In this document: piece after piece, positions 49,800-59,069 of the stretch
Layout: each line of letters opens with the position of its first letter
Position numbering within the stretch: the stretch's first letter is position 1
Assembly (NCBI RefSeq): GCF_053078305.1
Contig: NZ_CP166875.1
DNA length: 64,000 nucleotides
Strand: one strand, 5' to 3'
Origin: a plasmid
The notes under the pieces: model-generated
Told to the model about the DNA's origin: nothing
What the model saw: the letters and a program-made list of their open reading frames with translations, nothing else
Databases searched by the model: none
Program-made: the position numbers and the translations under genes

Positions 49800-50115
49800 G
49801 AGCACCGGGAGGGAGCCCCTGTGGCGCCCGTTCCCCGCTGCCTGTGGGCTGTTCACCGCGTCCGGTAACGGGTCAGGCCGACCGTGGAATACCGCAGCCG
49901 TCGTCTGTTTGACGGCAAGGTTATGCCGCGAAAGCGGCTTGAAGGGCGTTCATCAGAAAAGGGCGACGGGCTGGCGTACACTATCACCGACGCCAGCCGG
50001 GAGCGGTAAAAGCGCCCGTCCCGTGCCCGCCGGACGCGGGACACTGACCACAGGCAGCGTTTATGCCGCGCCGCGTCAGCCGGCGCAGTAAAAAGAGGAG
50101 CACGGCGACATCCTT
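49800..50115 (-). promoter_or_regulatory. long imperfect-hairpin element, family B copy 2
   Basis: About 97% identical by eye to copy 1 over roughly 310 bp. Confidence 0.45.
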
Positions 50116-50159
50116 TTCCCCTGAACATCCGTCAGCCTTTCTCTGCGGCAAGATCAATC

Positions 50160-50385
50160 CTTAACAGAAAAAAAACCAACAAGCACCCACATAAAAAACA
50201 AAAAACCCAAGCAACACCCACACAAACAAAAAAAACACCCAGAAAACACCCAAAGACAAACAACAATAAAGTAATGAAACCCATAAAACACCCAAAAAAA
50301 GACAAAAAAGATTAAATAGCACTTGAACGCCACCAAAAAAATACTATTATGGGTATAGACACCCAAACGACACCCAAAAGAGGAT
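50160..50385 (+). repeat. parC-like centromere: A/C-rich iterons (ACACCCA and variants)
   Basis: At least 8 direct copies of (A)ACACCCA in a C/A-rich tract directly upstream of the ParM-like gene. Confidence 0.45.
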
Positions 50386-50388
50386 TTT

Positions 50389-51360
50389 ATGATTAAGATA
50401 TTCTGTGATGATGGTTCTACAGCGGTTAAGCTGGCATGGTTTGAAAACGGGGAACTAAAAACCCTCATTAGTCACAATTCTTTCAAGGAAGGCTGGAACA
50501 CATCAGGATTTGGCAGTGAGAAAACTTATAATTACTTAGTCGATGGAGAGAAATATGCGTTTGATACACATAACCCATCAGCAATAGTCACAACCAATAT
50601 TGAGTTTCAATATAGTGTAGAAAATCGTCTCGCTGTACATCACGCACTACTACAAACAGGAATGGAGCCTGGGGATGTAGAGCTTTGGGTTACATTACCT
50701 GTATCTGAATATTTCACTACAGATATGCAAGAGAATTCGGATAACATAAGAAAAAAAATAGAAAACCTGAAAAAAGAAATTACACTGAATAAAGGCAGCG
50801 TATTTTCAATCAAGAAAGTTCATGTATTACCCGAGTCTCTACCTGCAGCGTTGACCTCTCTCGAAGAGGATAAAGTCAGTGATCTTGAAACGTCCCTTGT
50901 CGTCGATCTTGGTGGAACAACTCTTGATTGTGGCGCTATAGCTGGCAGATATAAAAATGTAACACAAGTATCCGGAGAACCTGGTCTTGGCGTAACTCTG
51001 GTAACAACGGCGACAATGAATGCCCTGAAACAGGCAGGAACGCATACCAGCTACTATATTGCAGATCAACTGGTTAGAAACAGAAATGCTGATGATTTAT
51101 TCGAAATTGTTGTTAATGACAGCAGTAAAATAGATGATGTGAAATCAGTAATTGAAAACAGTATTACAAGACTTTCAGACAGAGTTATAAATCATTTACA
51201 CTCGTACAAAGGGATAAATCGTATATACATGACTGGTGGTGGTGCGGAACTAATCTACCCTGCAATAAAAAAAGCATTCCCCTTATTAAAGGATAAAGTA
51301 AAAATTTTACCAGATGCGCAATTAGCCCTTGTTATTTCTATTGCTGAAATAAATCGATAA
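50389..51360 (+). CDS. parM: actin-like plasmid segregation ATPase (ParM/StbA family)
   Basis: N-terminal IFCDDGSTAVKLAW and phosphate-2 motif VVDLGGTTLD; overall resemblance to R1 ParM; 323 aa. Confidence 0.75.
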   Translation: MIKIFCDDGSTAVKLAWFENGELKTLISHNSFKEGWNTSGFGSEKTYNYLVDGEKYAFDTHNPSAIVTTNIEFQYSVENRLAVHHALLQTGMEPGDVELWVTLPVSEYFTTDMQENSDNIRKKIENLKKEITLNKGSVFSIKKVHVLPESLPAALTSLEEDKVSDLETSLVVDLGGTTLDCGAIAGRYKNVTQVSGEPGLGVTLVTTATMNALKQAGTHTSYYIADQLVRNRNADDLFEIVVNDSSKIDDVKSVIENSITRLSDRVINHLHSYKGINRIYMTGGGAELIYPAIKKAFPLLKDKVKILPDAQLALVISIAEINR

Positions 51361-51371
51361 TGAGGTACAGG

Positions 51372-51923
51372 ATGAGTGATGAACGTCGTAAATTATGGCT
51401 ATACTTATATCCTGATGAGCCACAGCAAAAATCCGCAATAGAAACCATTGAAGAAATACCTCAAAGACAACGTTCTGATTTCTTCAGAGATAGTATTGTT
51501 GCAGGTATTGCATTATCAAAACTCGATAAACGATTACCTGCACTTGTATCTATGTTACTACAGCAAGATAGTAATATAGATACTCTTGTACGTATTTTAA
51601 AAATACTATTCCCCAAGCTTGATATTGACTCAACGGAAGATAAATCTACACTCTGTGCCGTTGCTTGGCAAAAAAGATGTCGGGATGAATTACAACAAGG
51701 CACACCATGGTCTGCCTGGTTTGCGATTAGTGAGGATGAATATAATCATCATCTTAATCATCCAGAATCAAACAGTCAGGTACGTGCATTATGGGCTTAT
51801 GATGAAAACGAGCAGAAAAAGGATATACAGGATAAAGAGAGAACGCCCTTTCCGGAGGCCAACACCAATACAAGTTCAGAAACATTGAGTAATGCTAAAA
51901 AATTATTTGGTAATTCAAATTAA
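51372..51923 (+). CDS. putative partition adaptor (ParR/StbB-position)
   Basis: Immediately follows the ParM-like gene; no motif recognised, assignment by position only. Confidence 0.35.
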   Translation: MSDERRKLWLYLYPDEPQQKSAIETIEEIPQRQRSDFFRDSIVAGIALSKLDKRLPALVSMLLQQDSNIDTLVRILKILFPKLDIDSTEDKSTLCAVAWQKRCRDELQQGTPWSAWFAISEDEYNHHLNHPESNSQVRALWAYDENEQKKDIQDKERTPFPEANTNTSSETLSNAKKLFGNSN

Positions 51924-51936
51924 TTATTCAAAGAAA

Positions 51937-51958
51937 ATCCCGGTCGAAGGGCCGGGAT
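51937..51958. terminator. bidirectional hairpin between convergent parR-like gene and helicase
   Basis: ATCCCGG-tcgaaggg-CCGGGAT. Confidence 0.45.
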
Positions 51959-52033
51959 GTTTACACGTTAACCACCCTGCAATTCTGCCACTCCTGATGC
52001 GGAATAACAGGACAGGACCGGGAACAGTCAGGC

Positions 52034-53560
52034 TCACTTTTTTCTCCGTCGTCTGCCACGCGCTCTGCTGCCTGTATTTTTTTCCCGGGATGCCGGCTCA
52101 CTCTGCAATGCCGGGGGAGGTACCTGTTTCAGGAGCTGGCGCAGCACACTGTTGAGGATCAGCGTCCGCCGAGCCCGTGTGGCAGCCACATAGAGCAGGT
52201 TGAGTTCATCCCGCAGTTTCTCTTCAAATTCCTGCACATTGTCCGTTCCCGGCTGCTCAAGCTCCTGAAAATCCTCATGCAGCCTCACTGTGTCCCATTC
52301 CAGGCCTTTGGCCCTGTGCACCGTGGTGACAGTCACGGCAGCAGCCTTTTCGTCACGGACCTCATATTTTCGCAGCGTGGCCACATGTTCCGGCAGCGGC
52401 GAAAACTTCTGAATGATAGCCACTGACTGCAGCATTTCCGCGTCCCGGCTTGCCTTTGCCGTCGCCTCATAGTCAGAGAACGACTCCCACGCAGCAAAGC
52501 GAGCCGGCTCCCGGATTTTTTCCGTCATTCCCACAGAAAACCACCACAGATCCAGCAGGCGGGCAACCGGCCAGGCATTCATACCGTTGATCCAGTATGT
52601 TTTCTGCTTCCTCCGGGCCGCGTGAAGCGCAGCACCAATCACGCCCATCACTGTCCGGCACAGCACCGCACAGTGAGGCATATTCCTCTCGGGTTTCAGC
52701 AACAGACGGTCATCACCGCCAAGCCCACAGACTTTTTTCGTCTCCCCGTCCAGAGCCAGCACAGCATTTGCCACATCTGCCACACAGGGACCGAAACGGA
52801 AACTGCCGGTAAGCCACAGCCTGTCTGCCGTGGCCAGAGAGGGGGTATTCAGCGCATCCACGGCACCCCGGAAGCGATAAATCTGCTGATGTGGATCACC
52901 CACCATCACCAGCGTTCCACGGTGGCGCAGGACCAGGTCGGAGATCACCGGACTGGCGTCCTGGGCTTCATCAAACAGGATTTCATCGTACTTTGCGGAC
53001 AGATCCGGCTGCGAAAGCTGGTACAGCTTCAGATACAGATCATGAACGACCGGAAAGTCATCACTGCGGTCGCACATTCTTTGCCAGAGACGCACGGCCA
53101 GCGGCAGCACCTCTGCTGCGCGCAGTGGCGGCCTGGCACGGACATGCACCTCAGACAACGTCGTGTCCGCACTGTTCATGAAAGCCTGTAGGGTTTCCCT
53201 GACGGCCGCAGCCAACGGCCACTGGCGCAGTGAAAGCGCCCCGGCGATATCAGTAATGCCCAGGGAAGGCACGAGACGGTGGGAGTAATGTCGTCCAAAT
53301 TCCGGCCACGCCAGCTGATGTGCAGTCCGGCAACAGACATTCACCGGGAAGCGTGCCTGAGCCTCCTCCCGGACAGACCGGTTGAATGCGATATAGAGCA
53401 TACGGCGTTCAGGCCGGGCCTGCGCATAAGCCACCAGTGTGGCTGTTTTGCCGGTGCCGGCAAAAGCCCTGACAACCAGTCGCTGTCCCTGCCAGTTAAT
53501 GACAGCCTGTTGTTCAGCGGTCGGAGCGTGACGGATTTTCCTGACCGGGTGCTGAGTCAT
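52034..53560 (-). CDS. UvrD/Rep-like superfamily-1 DNA helicase (about 508 aa)
   Basis: Walker A AGTGKTAT, motif II FDEAQD, C-terminal VTTVHRAKGLEWDTV; ATG overlaps the upstream stop (ATGA). Confidence 0.7.
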   Translation of the reverse strand: MTQHPVRKIRHAPTAEQQAVINWQGQRLVVRAFAGTGKTATLVAYAQARPERRMLYIAFNRSVREEAQARFPVNVCCRTAHQLAWPEFGRHYSHRLVPSLGITDIAGALSLRQWPLAAAVRETLQAFMNSADTTLSEVHVRARPPLRAAEVLPLAVRLWQRMCDRSDDFPVVHDLYLKLYQLSQPDLSAKYDEILFDEAQDASPVISDLVLRHRGTLVMVGDPHQQIYRFRGAVDALNTPSLATADRLWLTGSFRFGPCVADVANAVLALDGETKKVCGLGGDDRLLLKPERNMPHCAVLCRTVMGVIGAALHAARRKQKTYWINGMNAWPVARLLDLWWFSVGMTEKIREPARFAAWESFSDYEATAKASRDAEMLQSVAIIQKFSPLPEHVATLRKYEVRDEKAAAVTVTTVHRAKGLEWDTVRLHEDFQELEQPGTDNVQEFEEKLRDELNLLYVAATRARRTLILNSVLRQLLKQVPPPALQSEPASREKNTGSRARGRRRRKK

Positions 53561-54183
53561 TTTGCCGTTGCGTCCTCCCCGTCCGTCATCCCGGCCAGAG
53601 CGACCTGTTTTTTCTCCCACCGTCGGTCCCGGATGGCCAGCCAGCGTTGAGCATTTTTTGCCTCATCCTCAGAAACCAGCCCGGCAGGCTTACCGTCGAG
53701 GTCATAGCGGGTGGCACCGGTGACAGCGGTACGCAACAGATAGACACGGCGGGAGGTGATACAGGATACGGCACAGTCCCATTCATCCCGGGTGAGTCCG
53801 GCTTCAGGGTGCTCAGCCAGCCAGGCAGGAATATCGCGGGAGATACCGACCCTGAGAGGCAGAAAACCGCCGCCTTCAGCGCGAAGATGCGGGAAAATCG
53901 CCTTGACCTTTTCCATGCACTGGTCGGTGAACTCCCGTGTCCAGTGCTCTCTGAGGGGTCTGCGTGGTGGTCTTCCTTTCCTTTTTTTTCCGACGGCAGC
54001 AGGCGCAGGAGACGCATCCTGGATGGGGGCTGGCAGCTGCTCATCAGCAGCAGCCGGTGGTGCCCCCACTTCCGGTACAGGCGAAATGACAGTCTCTGTT
54101 TTATCGACGACAGGTGGTGGTGAAATAACGCGACGTTTTTTCACCACAATGACGGGCGTTTTCTTTTCCTGATTCCTGGCCAT
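53557..54183 (-). CDS. ProQ/FinO-domain RNA-binding protein (FinO-like)
   Basis: Basic/Pro-rich N-terminus; C-terminal domain aligns by eye with FinO (PLRVGISRDI ... GATRYDLDGKP ... EDEAKNAQRWL). Confidence 0.55.
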   Translation of the reverse strand: MARNQEKKTPVIVVKKRRVISPPPVVDKTETVISPVPEVGAPPAAADEQLPAPIQDASPAPAAVGKKRKGRPPRRPLREHWTREFTDQCMEKVKAIFPHLRAEGGGFLPLRVGISRDIPAWLAEHPEAGLTRDEWDCAVSCITSRRVYLLRTAVTGATRYDLDGKPAGLVSEDEAKNAQRWLAIRDRRWEKKQVALAGMTDGEDATAK

Positions 54184-54635
54184 TAATACCCCGACAAGAT
54201 TAAATTCTGGTTAACGATATCATTATACAGCGAATAATATAATTATGGTTCACGTATTATTATCCGTGACTCTTTCCTGGTAACTCCCGCATAATAACTT
54301 CACTTTTCCAGTATTCCAGAAGATGATGTTTTTTCCTCGATAATAAAAATGTGCCAATATGGAAATAAGAAATCGGATTTTTTATCAGCATACGCAAATT
54401 TTCAGATAACAATGAATACAGATGTATTTTATATACACAGATAAAACCGCGCAACAGACATAAATATGACAGTAGCATGAAAAAGCAGAGAGAGACAGGG
54501 TGATACAGAAAAGTAACTATTTTTTTAGCTATAGTATTATTGGTTTTACCTATTTTCGTGATTGTGTTTCTGTATATTGGGGGTTCGCGCCCATTTCCTC
54601 TAAAAGTCTCACCTTGCTTAGGTAATTAATTGAAT

Positions 54636-55217
54636 TTATTTATAAAACGTTGCAATTTTAGCATCATTTTTTATTGTTCTTTTTAACCTGAAGTACGTCG
54701 ATCGAGAGATACCTGTTTTTTCTGTCACACTGCCCAGAGATTCTCCCTGTGATATAAGCTCCAACGCTGTAGGCGTTCGTGGATGCTTCTTCCTGCCAAA
54801 TTTTACGCCTGCGGCAAGTGCCGCTATTCTTCCGTCGTTTGTCCGCTCCAGAATACGCTCACGTTCCGCTTCAGCTACAGCAGCAAGGATTTGGATAACC
54901 ATTTTGCCCATTGTCCCTTCTGTACTGAGACCGTTCTCCAGGAACCGGATGGCGATCCCCTTTTTGTAACAGCTATCAACCACACGAATCATGTCAGCAG
55001 TGTTACGCCCCAGTCGGTCCATTTTTGTACAGATGATTACGTCGTCTTTCTCTGCACGGGCCAACAACCGCTGTAGTCCTTCCCGTTCATCAGTTGCGCC
55101 AGTCATCATATCCGTAAAAATACGATCTTCCCGTACCCCGGCATTTTTTAGCTCCGAGATTTGATGTGTTAGCTTCTGATGACTGGTTGATACCCGTGCA
55201 TACCCCAATAACGCCAT
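54636..55217 (-). CDS. tnpR: serine recombinase (resolvase TnpR)
   Basis: N-terminal LLGYARVSTSHQ catalytic motif; C-terminal HTH. Confidence 0.8.
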   Translation of the reverse strand: MALLGYARVSTSHQKLTHQISELKNAGVREDRIFTDMMTGATDEREGLQRLLARAEKDDVIICTKMDRLGRNTADMIRVVDSCYKKGIAIRFLENGLSTEGTMGKMVIQILAAVAEAERERILERTNDGRIAALAAGVKFGRKKHPRTPTALELISQGESLGSVTEKTGISRSTYFRLKRTIKNDAKIATFYK

Positions 55218-55373
55218 TTTTAGTCTCACTTATCGTTTTTGACACTGCATGGTATCATAATGTACAAAATACGATTTTTGAAACCTGCTTTTATGCTGTT
55301 TTAGACAGGTATCAGATATCTTAATATTTGATACTAGCCATATTTAACAAATATTTAGCATTTTGGTAAATGT
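55218..55373. promoter_or_regulatory. res site region between divergent tnpR and tnpA
   Basis: AT-rich 156-bp divergent intergenic region; subsites not resolved. Confidence 0.4.
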
Positions 55374-58300
55374 ATGCAGAAGTACAAGAAAAGAATTAGT
55401 ATATTAACAAAAAGTGAAATAAATGAATTATATCAAGTCCCCTCTTTTAATCCTGTTGAAAGGGATGAGTTTTTTTCGCTGGATATCAGCCTTAAAAGAG
55501 AAATTGATAAAATAATAAATATAGAAAGCAGGGTGTATCTGATATTAATAACAGGGTATTTCAGATATAAACCTGTGATTCCTGAATTTACATTAAAAGA
55601 CGTAAAAAGGGATGTGAAATATATTATCCAGACATATTATAAAAACGAAAGTACTAATCTCAATTTAAACATACCTAAAAGTACAAAGTACCGCCTTGTT
55701 AAACGAATGCTTTCTACTCTAGGATTTGAACAACTCACCCCATCTATAAAAAATGAGTTAAGTGAACGTCTGAATGATGTTGCTACTATATGTATGGAAC
55801 CAAAATATATTTTTGATGAATTACTTGCTTTTTTAGGACAGCGGCGTATAGCTCTTCCTGGATACAGTACTGTCCAGAACCTCGTTTCAGATGCTTTAAA
55901 CTTTGAAAGGAAAAGGACAATTAATATTTTGTCAAAGAGAATTTATCCTGCCACTGCACAAAAGATTACATCCATCATCCATGATGATGGAATATTAAAT
56001 TCCATCAGGGGATATAATTATAGCACGAGAGACTTCTCAGCATCAGAAATAGAAAATGAATTAAGAACTCACAATGTGATAAGTAGTATTTACTATGAAA
56101 TAAAAGATATAATTAATTCATTAGGTATATCCCAGGGAAACATGGAGTACTATGCAACTATCGTAAAACACAGTACAACATTCAGACTTAAGCGACACCC
56201 TAAATGGCAAGGAATACTTTATTTGTGCTGCTACTTGTACTTCAGATACAGAGAGATAAATGATAAAATAATCACAGCCTTCAGATATTTAGTAAAAAAA
56301 CATAAAGACGCTTCAGTTTTGTTTGCAAAAGCTCGGGCAACAGAGGAAATAGATCTAATAAATAAAAAGCTTAAGTTTGCGAGTAAAATATTTAACTTCT
56401 TCGTTGATAGTAACATTGAAGACAGCATCCCTTTTGGATATGTTCGTGAAAAGGTTTTTTCACTTATATCGAAAGATGATATGCATCTTGTGAGTGAATT
56501 TTTTGACAAAAATAAAATCGATGTAATTGAATATCAATGGCAGTATATTGACAGCCATCACCTTAAGATCGCCAATTCAATCCGAAAGCTTTTTCTGGCT
56601 ATAGATATAGTATATGACAACGAGAAGTCTGTTATTGGCCAGCAAATTACTGCTGCCAAGGATGATCTCAGAGGAAAAGGAAAGCTGGATGCTAAGGATC
56701 TGAGGGTAATTCATCCATCCGAGAAAAATTACATTGTAAAAGAAGGAGAAATTAACACTCAACGATTCGAATTTCATATGTACAGCAGGGTATCTAACCA
56801 TCTGGAAAACGGTGTCTTTTATGCTGCGGAGAGTGAACAAAACAAGAGACTGGAAGATGATCTCATAGAACGAAGTTACTGGCATAAGAATAAATCGATT
56901 TTGATAGAGAAAACAGGCCTTGAACGACTTATCACACCAATAACGCAGACTCTTAATGAGCTGGAGAATACCTTTAGCGATAAACTGGCTCGTATAACCA
57001 TTGGAATAAACTCAGATGCTAATGAGTTTGTGAAAAAACAACCACACTCCAACAGATTACAGTGGAGTCTGGCCAGTAAAAAATGGAAGACCAGCATCGA
57101 TAATCCGATTTACAATCAGATAAAAAATATCGGAATAGTTGACGTAATGAAGTATGTAAACAATGAGACGAATTTTTTGTCTGTGTTTAATGCCATATCA
57201 TCCAGGAAAAATAATCTTGAAGCTGACTATAATGACCTTCTTGCCTGTATATTTGGTAATGGCGCAAATTATGGTGTTCACAGAATGGCATCTGCATCAG
57301 ACCGTAGTATTGGAATACTACGTGATGTGAATGACAAATTCATTCGTCCAGAAACAACAGGAATGGCCAACACAGTAATATCTGATGCAATTGCAAATCT
57401 TTCTGTATATAAATACTGGACGATAAATGAAGATTCTCCATTTGGAAGTGTTGATGGGCAGAAGCACACTTGCAGAATAAATACATTTAAAGCCCGTTAT
57501 TCTGCCAAGTATTTCAGAAAGGGGAAAGGGGTTTCTGCGATGACACTGGTATCTAATCATGTGCCATTATCAACTGTGGTAATTTCTCCAAATGAATATG
57601 AAGGTCATTTTGCATTTGACTTGTTATATAACAACACCAGTGAAATACAACCAAAGTCATTAGCGACTGACAATCATGGTATAAACAACGTTAATTTTGC
57701 GATTCTTGACATTTTTGGCTATCAGTTTTCACCACGTTATGCAAAATTCAAGAAAATATTTAATGAATTATTTGATGTTATACTGGAGAGTGATAAACTC
57801 ATTATAAAACTTAAAAAACAATTTAACTTTAAGCTCATTGAACATGAATGGGAAAACATCCAACATATTATTTGTTCTTTAAGCAGAAAAACAACCATTC
57901 AAAGTACGGTTGTTAAGAAGTTATCTAATACAAAGCGTAGCAACAAGACATTAGCAGCACTTCGGGAGTATGACCGAGTTATAAAATGCATATATGTCCT
58001 GGATTATGCTGACAATAAAACCTTAAGGCAATTTGTGCAACAAGCACTGAACAGAGGTGAAGCTTATCATCAACTAAGAAGAGCAATAGCATCAGTAAAT
58101 GGAAATCAATTTCGCGGTGGTAATGACTACCAAATAGATCAATGGAACGACTGTGCGAGGTTAATAGCTAATTGTGTAATCTATTATAATTCAGCAATAT
58201 TATCCAGGCTGGTCGAGAAATTTGAAAAAGAAAATAATAAAAAAGCGATAGATGTTCTGGCTAACTTATCCCCAGTAGCATGGAGACACATTCTCCTTGG

Positions 58301-58412
58301 AGGGAATTATTCTTTTGAAGATCAAGTTGCGATCACAAATTTGGACAGTCTTTTGGAGGGAGTAGACCCACTAAGTGATATCGGAGATATTGAGTCCGAA
58401 TATGACGGTTAA
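55374..58412 (+). CDS. tnpA: Tn3-family transposase TnpA (1012 aa)
   Basis: Size, N-terminal region and position inside the IR-bounded element. Confidence 0.8.
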   Translation: MQKYKKRISILTKSEINELYQVPSFNPVERDEFFSLDISLKREIDKIINIESRVYLILITGYFRYKPVIPEFTLKDVKRDVKYIIQTYYKNESTNLNLNIPKSTKYRLVKRMLSTLGFEQLTPSIKNELSERLNDVATICMEPKYIFDELLAFLGQRRIALPGYSTVQNLVSDALNFERKRTINILSKRIYPATAQKITSIIHDDGILNSIRGYNYSTRDFSASEIENELRTHNVISSIYYEIKDIINSLGISQGNMEYYATIVKHSTTFRLKRHPKWQGILYLCCYLYFRYREINDKIITAFRYLVKKHKDASVLFAKARATEEIDLINKKLKFASKIFNFFVDSNIEDSIPFGYVREKVFSLISKDDMHLVSEFFDKNKIDVIEYQWQYIDSHHLKIANSIRKLFLAIDIVYDNEKSVIGQQITAAKDDLRGKGKLDAKDLRVIHPSEKNYIVKEGEINTQRFEFHMYSRVSNHLENGVFYAAESEQNKRLEDDLIERSYWHKNKSILIEKTGLERLITPITQTLNELENTFSDKLARITIGINSDANEFVKKQPHSNRLQWSLASKKWKTSIDNPIYNQIKNIGIVDVMKYVNNETNFLSVFNAISSRKNNLEADYNDLLACIFGNGANYGVHRMASASDRSIGILRDVNDKFIRPETTGMANTVISDAIANLSVYKYWTINEDSPFGSVDGQKHTCRINTFKARYSAKYFRKGKGVSAMTLVSNHVPLSTVVISPNEYEGHFAFDLLYNNTSEIQPKSLATDNHGINNVNFAILDIFGYQFSPRYAKFKKIFNELFDVILESDKLIIKLKKQFNFKLIEHEWENIQHIICSLSRKTTIQSTVVKKLSNTKRSNKTLAALREYDRVIKCIYVLDYADNKTLRQFVQQALNRGEAYHQLRRAIASVNGNQFRGGNDYQIDQWNDCARLIANCVIYYNSAILSRLVEKFEKENNKKAIDVLANLSPVAWRHILLGGNYSFEDQVAITNLDSLLEGVDPLSDIGDIESEYDG

Positions 58413-58478
58413 CAACATGATAAATAATGGTTTTTATGCTAAGAGTGAGACTTTTGGAGGAAATGGGCGCAGAACCCC

Positions 58479-58702
58479 TGTATCTGCCGTTCGGTTTTTG
58501 CACGAAGTTTTTCTGAGCTTTTACCGAACTGCATACGTTGCAGTTTCGCAACCAGCGCCTTCAGCCGGTTGATTTCGGAAGCATAAGCCGCCACCCGCTG
58601 TGAGAGCAGGCGGTTGTATTCAGCCATCTGGCGGATGGTGTCCTGTTGCGTCTGCAACAGTGCCCGCAGGCGGGCGTTCTCATGAGCAAGTGAGGTGTCC
58701 AT
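58479..58702 (-). pseudogene. IS66 tnpC 5' fragment
   Basis: Leucine-zipper-like N-terminus (ENARLRALLQ...) ending inside the Tn3-family IR. Confidence 0.5.
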
Positions 58703-58721
58703 ATCCTCACTTTACAACGGG

Positions 58722-59069
58722 TTATATGCGGATTCCAGCGCGTTCCGTTCGTTTCGGGTGCTTCCAGTTGATACCTTCAAGAAGCATGGATAACTGAGCC
58801 GGAGTAAGGTGCACCTTGCCGTCACGGGTGACTGGCCAGACGAAGCGGCCCCGCTCCAGGCGTTTGGTGAAGAGGCACAGTCCGTCACTGTCAGCCCACA
58901 ACACTTTTATCTGGTCACCCCGGCGTCCGCGGAAGATGAACAGGTGTCCGGAGAACGGGTCATCCTTCAGGACGTTCTGAACTTTTGATGCCAGGCCGTT
59001 AAAGCCATTTCGCATATCGGTGATACCTGCAACCAGCCAGATACGCGAACCTGCAGGGAGAGATATCAT
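58722..59069 (-). CDS. IS66-family accessory protein TnpB (orf2)
   Basis: 115 aa with RIWLVAGITDMRNGFNGL motif. Confidence 0.65.
   Translation of the reverse strand: MISLPAGSRIWLVAGITDMRNGFNGLASKVQNVLKDDPFSGHLFIFRGRRGDQIKVLWADSDGLCLFTKRLERGRFVWPVTRDGKVHLTPAQLSMLLEGINWKHPKRTERAGIRI

Larger units (their letters stand above)
54579..58478 (+). mobile_element. Tn3-family transposon (tnpR-res-tnpA) with about 38-40 bp terminal inverted repeats
   Basis: IR-L GGGGTTCGCGCCCATTTCCTCTAAAAGTCTCAC at 54579; IR-R reverse complement GGGGTTCTGCGCCCATTTCCTCCAAAAGTCTCAC ending 58478; divergent resolvase and transposase genes; AT-rich. Confidence 0.7.

Noticed and set aside
50160-50385. Possible CRISPR array suggested by short direct repeats
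   Set aside because: Repeats are only about 7 bp with irregular A/C-rich spacers; no cas genes; pattern fits plasmid centromere iterons
50154-50468. Minus-strand 104-aa ORF across the A/C-rich iteron tract
   Set aside because: Low-complexity translation of direct repeats; better explained as a centromere-like repeat array
54260-54478. 72-aa minus-strand ORF in the AT-rich region upstream of the FinO-like gene
   Set aside because: Very AT-rich, low-complexity translation; more likely the promoter region of the FinO-like/helicase operon
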